Shown: one piece after another, positions 53,323 through 64,000 of the stretch | How positions within the stretch are numbered: position 1 is the first letter of the stretch | Layout of the letters: each line of letters opens with the position of its first letter | Assembly: GCA_044892525.1 (NCBI GenBank) | Contig: CM097887.1 | Coordinates: 61,752,001 to 61,816,000, forward strand | Source: Schmidtea polychroa | Lineage: Eukaryota | Reading direction: 5' to 3' | Length of the DNA: 64,000 bases | Translations under genes and position numbers: made by a program | The notes under the pieces: generated by a model | What the model saw: the letters and a program-made list of their open reading frames with translations, nothing else | What the model was told of the DNA's origin: nothing | Databases searched by the model: none

Positions 53323-54046
53323 TTAACAATTAATTACAAATGCCTTTCGTCTGCAATTGTACAATGTGTTGAATTTTAGAAAGATTAATTAAGACCTTTA
53401 TTCGAAGGTTGGTTTAAGCAAAATGCTCTAAAAGACCTAGGAGATTCCTAGTTTAGTACTCCTTGCATAATATTGTAAAAAAATGCAAGTACCCAGTTAA
53501 TGTGCCGTTAATGTGCTGTTAATGTGCCGTATAAAAAATTAGTTAGCTTTAATTATGTTAGGATCATGGGCCTATTAATCATTTGCTTAATGGTGAACGA
53601 ATCATACCAATAAAACAATCTCAAAATCAACTTCAATAACTTTTGCCGCTATTATAAGAACTTTCTATTTTCATCTCTGCTTCTTTTTCAATTGACATTG
53701 TATTTATAAAAAACTGCCTCTGAATCAGTAATGATATCGGTTTTTTTATATTAACGAATTTTCGGCACAACCTTTTTCAAGTGATCTTTATTGCATGTAT
53801 GTTATTTTCTTTAACTACTTTGTCTACTTGGTTTTCATGGAATTGATAATTCTTTCATAAGATTACCGTGTCATTCTCGATAGATTGATGAATTTTCGCA
53901 TTATTTTAGTTCATGAACCATCCACTAAAAGTTTCAATCAATTTTAAGACTGACTTACTGCCAATATTCTATCAGTGGTGATTAATAACTTTCAGCCTTA
54001 TTTAAAAAGGTATATATTGGTCTATTTTGGTATATTTGGTCTATAT

Positions 54047-54274
54047 CATAGGTTCTCAAACTTTTTTATTTAGCGACTCCATTAACCCTAGCAAATATTC
54101 TGGCGACCCTAAGTATAGATATGAAAAAGATGAAAATAGTATTATAAAATAAAATATTTATTATATAATATTTTTATTAAAGCCAACCTAATGTTTTTTT
54201 GGTTACAATCTTCCACTTTTTTGAAATTTCTGCTACCCCATTTAGGGTCGCGTCCCACACTTTGAGAACCACTA
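54047..54274. mobile_element. hAT-Charlie MITE
   Basis: CATAGGTTCTCAAAC ... TTTGAGAACCACTA; 8-bp flanks GTCTATAT / GTATATAT (7 of 8 identical). Confidence 0.8.
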
Positions 54275-56709
54275 GTATATATAATCTATTTATGCATTAC
54301 TTACACTACATTCACATCTCTTCCAAAAAAATACCAAAAAAGTAGGTTAGTCTAAAAGTGAATAGTTTTCTAGAAAAGGTTATACATTAATTAAAAAACA
54401 TGAAAAAATATTTAAATATAAGTGTTTTCATTTCAAAACTACCAAACATTGTTGGTTTGATTCAACTTTTTGGATGTTTACAGTTTTAATAGTAGCTGGG
54501 ATTATAATAGAGTGTTTTTTGAGTATTCTCATAACATTTACCAAACTGCTGCATAAATAACGTACCAAATGATAATTAAATGCATTTGAATACGTCACAA
54601 AATCTTTTTAATTCGGATAAGTTTCAATATTAATATTGTTAGACGCAATTAAATTTAAGTCTTCTTCAATCATTTATTTTTATAACAACTTCAAAATTGT
54701 GCCGTTTACTAGTGTATTTAAACACCGAGGCGTGATAGTTATTAATATTAATGTAATTACTGGTCATACATTTAATTGATTTAATTTAATATAATATGAT
54801 ATAATTTAATATAGAATTTAAATATAAAAATTTAACAGAAATAATTATCTCTACTAACTGATCTCACTTCTACCATTTAACCATAATAATTTTATATAGA
54901 GATTTACTAACTTACAAATATCAATTTTTTATTTTATTAGTAATTTTTGTGTTCCTAATTTTATTGATCAATCTATCAAAATTGCAACATTTACGAGCAG
55001 ATTTACTAAATAATACTTTAACACAACTTCCATTTTTATTGCCAAATTCTTTTAATGATAAAGAAATATTTAGAAGTTCGATTCGATTAATAAAATATCT
55101 GTATATTAGAATTTTTTTATAAACTTGTTTAAATTCCAAAACCTTTACATTAATAAATGAGATTAAAAATTCTATTAAGGCATTTGTAAAATCGTCATGT
55201 ACAAAAATGATTATTCAAAAATATCATTAATATCATATCATAATCATTCTAAATCTACATTAACCAAATATTAAAACAAGGCTTGATTATTTAAACATCA
55301 GAGTATATAAATTACAAGAATTTTTTTGTTATTATTTTAACATCAAAATCTCATACCAAAGTTTTAACAAAAAATAGCTAAATTTGTTAAAATAGTCGTA
55401 AATTATCAATGACAACATTTAAATGAATTGCTGATTGGGTCAGTCCGACTTTTAAATCTAAACAGCTTTTATGATGAGATTTCCAACATCAACTCGAAGA
55501 TTATTTATTTATTTAATTATTAATTAATTTTAATTTTTGTCGAATAACAGTTGTGAAATTTAAGCGATCATATCAGAAAAAACAGAAAATATGAAAAAAT
55601 TTCGAATGTCGTTTTTCAGAAACAGCTTATCATTTTCTGATAATTTAAATATTTGAATATTTTTAATTACAATTTTATTAATAAATTTTTAATTTACAGG
55701 GATACAATAATCGGAAAAAGCAATTAAATTATGCGGTTGTAAATTTTGTGATATTTAATTAGTAAATATAACGTTCATTTTGATTTTGATAATAAATAAC
55801 TTGACTTGTTAACGGTTTTTTTCGATACTTTCCCCTTGTAAGTGGTAGTATTATGTTAAAATATTTCAATATTATTAAAAGTAATTTTAAATTAATTTAT
55901 TTTACAATTAAACAAGGATTTGAACATTGATCACTTCCTACAATTATTTGTTGTTGTCTTGCAGCTCAAATCTTTTTCAAGTTGACTAGTCACCGTCGTG
56001 ATTCAATTTAAAGACAAAAAGTACTATTAGCTCACTTCGACATTGTATTGATAGGAAAAGCTTCTATATTTGAACCCTCTTTCAGTGTATGTAGATGATC
56101 AAACACCATAGAAACCTTTTGCTAATTTATGTCAGAGCACTGAGGAAGCATACACACGCACTGGAATCACATAATAAAAATGAAGGAAAACATCAAATAA
56201 ACATGAACTAAAGAACACAACAACAAAGAAAATAATAAACAAATTTAATGAAGTAAAGGAATGTACATTAAGGTGGAGTGAAAAGGGAGAAAAAAAATCA
56301 TTTTGAGAGTTTTTACTTGGAATAGCAATGAAAAGACGTGGAGTGTTTTTCGCATCCAACGTACAATCGCAGCAGGTTTAACGTTAACTAAAGTATTGTC
56401 TTTGCGACCACATATGAGAGATTCTATTCAGTGAATAATATTCAGTCTTATTTCATAATTACTGTCATGTGCTATTTTAACCAATAACATTATTATAATA
56501 TCTCATAAACTAATGTTCTAAGTGTAGTGAACACAGTGGATGCTCCAACACAGTCCACACGGATGCAGTGAGCGGATACACAACTCTGTCTGGCAAATGA
56601 AAAAAATACATTACATAGCCTAAAAACAACACTGTTGCACAACTTTCGCTTCAGGTAAATGACGTCATAGAATATGTAAATCGACAAGTAAGTAACTGAC
56701 AAATTAGGA

Positions 56710-58270
56710 TTGTTCAAAATCAATTTAAACGTAATGTATGCACTGGAAGCCCTGGTTGGTATACGCTATACACTGTATAGTAAATACAACAATATGGATT
56801 CGACCTGCAAATAAAACAGGGTATTAAAAGATCCATTGGAGATAAGATAATGCAACTGAATGACAACTTCTTATATGCAGCTTGCAAGCTTGGTGGTCTT
56901 GGACTTGTATCATCCATTGACGAATACCTTATTCAAAGCATCGTACAACTTATCAGGGCTTTAAACTCTAGCGATCTTAACTTTAAGACTCTAATTACTG
57001 CTGAACTTATCGAGGCTAGGGGACAAGGAGATTTAAATGTGGCACTGTCCTGGCTGAATGGCCAACTCTCTAAAAGCTACCCAACTTTCTCCATCTTCTC
57101 AAAATTTAAAAAATCTGCCCGTCGTCTGCTTCATAACTACGGTATATCTACCAAAATTGTAATGCTTGAGGACCTTCTACAACTCGAAATAAAATATAAG
57201 AGTCGTATCAATTACTTCTCCCTCGGTAATGTGGATAGAACCTCAGCTGAACTACACTCTATTATTGGCCTTATTCATGCTGAACGTTGGTGTGCGATGA
57301 AATGCCAGGGCTATATGGCAAAGGCAATTAGCGAAAGCAACATCGCCGACTATTTCTTTAAAAGTGACATCCTTCCTGATGCCCAATTCCTCTTTCTTAT
57401 TCGTGCACGCAACAACCTTCTAAAACTGAACTACTCACCACACCGCTTAAAAACTAATAAATCTATACTCTGCCGGCACTGCCATGCCCACCCAGAAACA
57501 CCTGCACACATCTTTAATCATTGCCAAGCACATATTAATGCAAGACGAAATAAGCATGATAATGTCCTAGAAACTGTGGCAAACTTCCTTATATCTATTA
57601 ACTATGAAGTAGACATAGAGAAAGTACCTGAAGGTACCAATTCCACCCTTAAGCCTGATCTTCTTCTAAAATCTAAGCGTAACAAATCTATCCATATCTT
57701 AGACATTAAGGTTCCTTTCGACTCCAGAGAAAACTACGACAACTCTAGGAGAAATAACTATAACAAATATAAGGAACTAGGAGAGGAAATAGGTAGACTC
57801 CATAAATGCCCACACACTCTACATGCCCTGGTAGTTGGCACCCTTGGTTCATGGGACAAAAATAATGACTCGATACTTAAAATTATCGGCCTATCCAATA
57901 ATGAAATAAAGGAACTAGCCAAAAAAGCTTGCGTAGCTGCAATCAATAGCAGCTACCATATATATCGTCAACATATATATAAAAATTAATTATACTTATA
58001 TATTTATCTTTTTGTAGCCAAAGCATCTCTTATTTATTTGTCTTCTATGGTTATTATATATCACCCCTATACAATTTTCTTTGTCTCTTGGTGAACCAGT
58101 CTTGAAAACCAGATATTGATATATAATATGTACTCAGAGCATTATCCTAATCTATTTGTGTACTATGGCTATTATCTATATTATTTACTATTATTAATCA
58201 ACTATATAAATATCTAAACTCTCTAATTCAACCAACTCTCTCTAAACTAACTTAATGACCATAATACCTA
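56710..58270 (+). mobile_element. 5'-truncated non-LTR retrotransposon with restriction-like endonuclease (R2/NeSL/R4-type)
   Basis: ORF 56850-57989: RT-thumb LYAACKLGGLG, CCHC knuckle CRHCHAHPETPAHIFNHC, RRNKHDNVL, and PD..D..K endonuclease (LKPDLLL..ILDIKVPFD..KY), followed by a pyrimidine/AT-rich 3' UTR. Confidence 0.9.
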
Positions 58271-58817
58271 ATGTTGTAATATTATTATCCTTAATGTATT
58301 TAATATAATATTATTTCTGTTATTGCNNNNNNNNNNNNNNNNNNNNNNNNNNNNNNNNNNNNNNNNNNNNNNNNNNNNNNNNNNNNNNNNNNNNNNNNNN
58401 NNNNNNNNNNNNNNNNNNNNNNNNNNNNNNNNNNNNNNNNNNNNNNNNNNNNNNNNNNNNNNNNNNNNNNNNNNNNNNNNNNNNNNNNNATTAATAATGT
58501 ACTGCGGGTGCCAATCACCGAATGGGTTAATGTAGGAATCCTTGTAGGGGTTCTGCCTATTTGGTGGTCTTTTTAGTAGTTCTTATCAATACTATAATGA
58601 TCTTTATTATACTATCACTACTATAATCATTAACATTACGAACTAATAATAATATCCATACTTATCCCAACCTTCACCAACTCCTTCCAATATATACTAT
58701 AATAAGTAATATAATATGCGATATATAAACCTTCAAGGGAGCCTTCCTGCCCCGACATTTATTTATTTCAGATATTATCATGTACGATCCGGTATCCCTC
58801 TCAAATGGCGGACCTTC

Positions 58818-58915
58818 CCAACTGCTCCATTTACTCCAACTGCTCCATTTACTCCAACCACTCCATTTACTCCAACCGCTCTATTTGCTCCAACTGCTCC
58901 ATTCACTCCAACTAC
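58818..58915 (+). repeat. 18-bp tandem repeat (CCAACTGCTCCATTTACT, encoding PTAPFT)
   Basis: About five degenerate copies within ORF 58716-59195. Confidence 0.9.
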
Positions 58916-59084
58916 TACAATCAATCCAAATAGTGAAATATACACCAACATCAATAATCCTGCAATATCGATCACCTCCACCTATCAAGACCAATCCAAA
59001 CCTCTAAATTCTGAACACCTGCACCAAATCTTTAAACTACTGAAAACTCCTACGATGATGACTCCCCAAAACTCTACCACGATA

Positions 59085-59170
59085 CTCCAATTGCTCCAAC
59101 TGCTACAATTGCTCCAACTGCTACAATTACTCCAATTGCTACAATTACTCCAACTGCTCCTATTACTCCA
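59085..59170 (+). repeat. 9/18-bp tandem repeat related to the preceding array
   Basis: CTCCAATTG / CTCCAACTG / CTACAATTG units; in the alternative frame they encode TPIAPTATIAPTAT... Confidence 0.85.
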
Positions 59171-60158
59171 ACCCATTTTGAAACCCACGTTCTGATACCT
59201 GAGTTTATAACTCTGGTATCCATCGGTCATTGAATTAAAATCTACAGAACTCTAAGGGTGAGAAGTTCTCCCCTTCCTGGCCAAGTGCCGTCAATTGATT
59301 AAAATAAAATTTGATTTTTTTTTTTTTTTTTTTTTTTTTACTATACAGTTATGCCACTTGTCGTCAATCGCGTGCTCTAAAAATCAACTCGACATACCTT
59401 ATTTAGATTGCATTGGGGGAGCCTAAAAATATTTTTATGATTTATTATATTTTGCACATGTTTGTAACTGGTATTGGTACGTCTTTTCTACACTATGCTG
59501 AATTGATTGTGAACAAGTATTTTTTTCACTCCACCCTAATGTTCACTGCAGAAGAATTAAATACACTAAGAAAATTCAAAATTAGATAAAAGACTTCAAA
59601 TTCGCTTAAAAAGGAAAAAATCATCCATCTTCAGGAAATTTGTCCATTTAGATGTAGAGAGACAAAAAATATTCAGCACACTCAGACTAGCTAATGACAT
59701 ACACAAAATACCTCCCAGCTACAAAATAAAGTAAATTAAGTATGTTGAAGAATGGTTCAAATTCTCATTACAAAACACATCAGAATGAACAATTGTAAGT
59801 GTTTCCTATTCAACAGCAAGAAATCTGAAAACCTAAAACGGTAGACTCGCTAACTCACCAGCTAGCTGGAAAAACATCGACCAACGTGATTCTTCTCACA
59901 ATAAATTCACAATACAATTGTCAGACTAAAGCGTACTTGAGGCCACCTAATAAGCGAATCAATTTCTTTGCAGAATAATTAAAAAAGGTCTCATCATTTG
60001 GAAAGCTATAGGAAACAAGTAAATATGAAAATATAGAAACAACCTTTATCACCAATAGGTGTTTCAATATTTTTTGATTCTCCTGTAGATTTTAATATGG
60101 CGATTAAAAAAATTTTGTGATCTTAATTTAAAAAAACTTGACGGAAATTTCAATATAT

Positions 60159-60900
60159 TGTTGGGTTTTTAATGCAAGTCGGTACTACGGTCTGACTCCT
60201 TTGTGTTCTTTTCCAAATAAATAAATAAATAAATAACCCAACACAAAATCTTTATTGACACTGATGCAGTTACACTTTTACACTTGTATTAGTTTACTCA
60301 CACTTGATACAATCAGGTTTTGTCTGCACTTTTCAATTTATTAACAAATCTCACGCAGGGGTAGATCTTCCAACGGGAGATGTCCCTTTCTGGTACGTTC
60401 GATTTTTAAATGGTTTAATTTCTACTAACTTTAATATTTCCCTTTTCGCTCTCTTCAAACTTCTATTTTCTTTTCTTCGACCAACTGGCATTTTGTTTTC
60501 TTGCCAGTTGCTTTTATACTCGTTTAATAATTGACTTTATTTTTGCCAATTATCTTTGGTCCTATTTCCCCCCGGGCTTCCTCTTGGAGATCTAATTTAA
60601 TTGAATGGAATTTGTTTGACGGCGCTTTTTACTTTTTATCCGGCTAAATTAATTGCCTTCCCAAAATTAGATTTCTCCGGCTAAATTAATTGCCTTCCCG
60701 AAATTGGATTTCTCAATTCGCTCGGGTTTTCCATTGTATCGGGTTTCCCATTAGCTCGGGTTCTCCATTAGCTCGGGTTTCCCATTAGCTCGGGTTTTCC
60801 ATTAGTTAATTAATTTTTAATTAATTTTTGTTTTTTGTAATTTATTCCTTTTAGGGACCCCCCATTGATTTTATTTTATTATAGCTGAACTCGTCTCATT
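60159..60900 (-). mobile_element. Second copy of the LTR-like family at 43453-44500, with an 85-bp TG...CA terminal unit
   Basis: 60159-60243 is TGTTGGGTT...AACCCAACA; shared ATTAGCTCGGGTT repeats at ~60718-60806; minus-strand AATAAA just inside the terminal unit. Confidence 0.5.
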
Positions 60901-61239
60901 ATTTCGCATCCGCCCATACCAGTTTCCCCCAGAAAATATTCATTTTTTAAAATTTTTGATTTTTAATTAATATTTTGTACTTTAAATTTTTATTCTGAAT
61001 TTGGTGTTTTTGTCAATTTTCACCTCATTTTTGTGCCTCCCTTGTTGAACCCCAACATATCTCCCCCCTTTAATTTAGATTCGACCTCGAATCTGCATAT
61101 AATAAGTCTAATTTACCATACAGTAATAACAATAATAATAATAGCTATTGCCTTTGCCAATGATTTTAAATCTGAGATATTTTATTTTAAAATTTCCTTA
61201 TTCGACTCCCCCCCCCATCATCCTCACACTACTTAATAT

Positions 61240-61740
61240 AAATAATACTGTTAATACTAATAACAATAATAACGACGATAATAATACTACCGATAATAAT
61301 AATAACAATAATAATTCCTACCGATAACAATAGTAAAGATAATAACAATAATAACAATAATAATAATAATAATAATACTAATAATAACAATAATAATAAT
61401 AACAATAACAATAATAACAATAATAACAATAATTATTATACTTAATTATTATATATAATTATTATATTATGATTTTTTTTTGAATAATAATGATAATAAT
61501 AATACTGCTAATAATTCCTAATGNNNNNNNNNNNNNNNNNNNNNNNNNNNNNNNNNNNNNNNNNNNNNNNNNNNNNNNNNNNNNNNNNNNNNNNNNNNNN
61601 NNNNNNNNNNNNNNNNNNNNNNNNNNNNNNNNNNNNNNNNNNNNNNNNNNNNNTCCTAGATTGGAAAACTAATTTAATTTTCCTGATAATAATAATAATA
61701 CTAATAATAATTAATAATGATGATGATAATAATTGTTATC
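61240..61740. repeat. (AAT/AAC)n low-complexity microsatellite around an assembly gap
   Basis: Runs of AATAAT/AACAAT; they explain the poly-Leu ORF at 61229-61429. Confidence 0.9.
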
Positions 61741-62205
61741 GATAATATTACTTTATTGATTTTTTTAGATTATAGAAACTTTTATTTATTGAAAACAGGT
61801 GTATTGTTTTTCAAAAAAATATTTAATGCATAGTAAAGTTATTTGAAATTAATTACAATTTTACTCATTCCCTTTCCTAAGCATATTCAAAAGTCAATAA
61901 AACAGTTAAAATTAAATTCTTGTAATATCAGTAAATTTGTTTTTATATTTTTCCAACAAGAATAAAGTTGTAAATAAATTTTTTGAAAATAATATTTCGT
62001 TTTAATCTTTCATCTATTTATTTATCTTCAAATCATTTACAAGAGATGAGTATTACCTCGAGCAATTTCAATTGAAATTTCTTGAAAAAATAAACTTATT
62101 TTTAGAATCGATTGTTAAATTTTATTATTATTTACAAAATGAAATAATATATAAATTAAAAATATGAATTTTACAATAAATCTAATTTTCAAAGATTTTT
62201 TTTCC

Positions 62206-62349
62206 AATCCACATTCTCAGAGAAATTTCAATAACTGACATAATTGAATTCTCTTTTAGAACGAAGGATAATTGATTCTCAATCCACATTCCCAGAGAAA
62301 TTTCAATAACCGACATAATTGAATTCTCTTTTAGAACAAGGATAATTGA
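62206..62349. repeat. Tandem duplication, period 75 bp, two copies
   Basis: AATCCACATT..AGAGAAATTTCAATAAC..GATAATTGA starts at 62206 and 62281. Confidence 0.9.
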
Positions 62350-62390
62350 CGGCGAAACTTCAATGAGTTTCCCCAAATTGCCTCTCAGAT

Positions 62391-62430
62391 AGCCAATGAT
62401 TTTAATGCATTAAATGGCTTCTGATTGGCT
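62391..62430. promoter_or_regulatory. Pair of oppositely oriented CCAAT boxes upstream of the Kelch-like gene
   Basis: AGCCAATGA at 62391 and TGATTGGCT at 62422; function inferred from motif and position only. Confidence 0.3.
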
Positions 62431-62489
62431 GCTTTTTCTTCCATTAATAGGTAAGAAATTTTATTTTTTCTTCATATTTTTTAATTCAG

Positions 62490-63065
62490 GAACAAAATGA
62501 GAAAAAGATTATTACTGGAAATCAATGTTCTGGGGGTGCATTCAATTCTAATACGTTTAACAAATTATGCTACTTCTCTGAGAAGCACTCAAAAATTACT
62601 TTGGAATCAACTAAGAAAACACGGCGAATTATGTGACGTAGCCTTGATTGTTGGTCAAAAAAAAAATCTTAGCCCATAGAATTGTGTTATCTGCATGTAG
62701 TCCTTATTTTAAAGCTATGTTTACTGGCGAATTATCTGAATCACTACAAAATGAAGTAATTAAATATTTGGTTATCTTTATCAAACGATATTAGGTAACA
62801 TTAAGGGATATCGATGAAAGTGCTGTTGAAGCATTGGTAGAATTTTGTTATACATCTCAAATTGTTATTGAAGAGTGGAATGTACAGTGTTTACTACCAG
62901 CTGCTTGTTTATTACAATTATCAGAAATTCAAGATGTTTGTTGTGAATTTTTTAAAACAGCAGCTTGATCCATCTAATTGCTTAGGTATCCGAGCTTTTG
63001 CTGATACTCATGCTTGTAATGACTTATTAACCATTGCTGATAAATTTACACACCATAATTTTCAA
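62490..63065 (+). CDS. KLHL20: Kelch-like protein 20 / diablo-like BTB domain (partial; two apparent +1 frameshifts; continues beyond the window)
   Basis: [12 protein letters not shown] / [15 protein letters not shown] / [26 protein letters not shown], 39-nt intron 62756-62794, then [53 protein letters not shown] with a donor at 63066. Confidence 0.88.
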
Positions 63066-64000
63066 GTACACTTTATTTATTATTACCTCAAGATCGTCCT
63101 CTTATGCAGGTGGATAAATTTTGTGTTAATATAAACTTATATTGATTATTTATTATATTGTGTAAAATAATTTTCAGACTCTTTGATGATTTAACACAAT
63201 AAATTGAAACATTAATTATCGCAATTGTCACTGTATTAACTGGAAATCTATTTCCAACTTAAAATGGAACGCAGAGACATGAATATTGTTGATTTCGAAG
63301 CGAATATGAAACCATGAAGTATGTAGATATTAGCCCCATAGACCACTATGAGTTATATAGATTCCATTTCTGAATTAGGATGAATTTTGTAGATTTTAAT
63401 TGATTTGCACTCGAAAATTTGGTGTTTAAATGGTCACAAAGATCTATTCTCACCACTTCTATGATACAAGATGCTTTCAAGTCATTAACGTATAAATCAA
63501 TCCTAAAAATTATTATATATTTGTATTTAAAATTTCATTGAGATTTTCCAATTTTTTTTTACTGTAACTGCAAACTCAGCCTTCAATAAATCAGGGTAAA
63601 ATAAGTTGAAAACGAATGCGCATTAAGGAACAAATTAGTGATTGCCTTCTGTTATCGTGGGAAAAGAAGTAAGCGCATTCCAATCTGTAAGAGAAGACTA
63701 CGAAAAATGTGGAAAGATCTAGAATAATGATGATTCCAGATAATGAAAAATTTTTGTTGAGTTTTCTGTTCTGGTTATTGCAAATTTTTCTGCAGACAAA
63801 TTAATTTGACAGAGTTTTTATTTGTTATTAAAAATTTATTATGAAATCCTCTTTCTGGCAGCAGGGATTATAAGAGTTTCCTTTTCAAACTCCAGGAGAA
63901 AGAAATTTGAATTTATATATTTCTATTTGGATTTTAGGAAGTAAGTTATTTAATCTTTATTAATTTCTATTTTTAATCATTTGAATAAATATTTTTATCC

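Noticed and set aside
52586-55727. Claim that the MOLO-1-like protein is secreted and lacks a TM helix (terminal exon at 55700)
   Set aside because: Alternative exons exist (52629-52688 and a hydrophobic stretch at ~54484-54560) and their phases cannot be resolved without transcripts.
56374-56400. Spliced-leader-like target (GGTTTAA...) upstream of the REL element
   Set aside because: Only the first 7 nt resemble nematode SL1, there is no donor or Sm site, and it lies ~300 bp from the element end.
58495-58530. HDV-like ribozyme (GG-GTG..CAC-CGAA-TGGGTT resembles the P4, J4/2 and P2 3' end)
   Set aside because: The upstream P3/L3 (UCCUCG-like) and P1 elements are absent from the 16 visible bases after the gap, so the fold cannot be completed.
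58778-61745. Poly-Leu/Gln, GVNGAV and WSNCS repeat ORFs as proteins
   Set aside because: They are alternative-frame readouts of tandem repeats and microsatellites, or span N gaps.

Overview
AT-rich, transposon-dense eukaryotic (metazoan) scaffold with four N gaps (9822-10023, 29105-29294, 58327-58489, 61524-61653). Host genes reconstructed by hand from GT/GC-AG splicing are a 7-exon UBXN11-like gene (26394-37813, +), EXOSC10/RRP6 (~40335-42862, -), a MOLO-1/TPM-like gene (from 47564, +, first intron apparently GC-AG), the BTB part of a KLHL20/diablo-like gene (from ~62490, +), and two divergent, intronless paralogs encoding signal peptide + 2xTSP1-like + TM + PPxY-tail proteins (13941-14708 - and 22493-23320 +). 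Many introns are only 39-55 nt. This, with a divergent 18S, suggests a compact parasitic invertebrate such as an orthonectid; that assignment is inference only. Most of the rest is transposon debris: hAT elements and MITEs with clean 8-bp TSDs, an LTR-bounded Ty3/gypsy element with a nested FLYWCH/Mutator insert, an RT-deleted Penelope element, Tc1/mariner/pogo remnants and a 5'-truncated REL-type non-LTR element. The most striking observation is a decayed gag-protease retroelement at 16.2-19.0 kb carrying an env-like ORF with the cysteine/motif pattern of chuvirus-type (herpes gB-like, class III) fusion glycoproteins. Next is a 1.2-kb 18S rRNA pseudogene enclosed between the two halves of a MITE inside a UBXN11 intron. 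All homology calls are by motif recognition; no database search was run.
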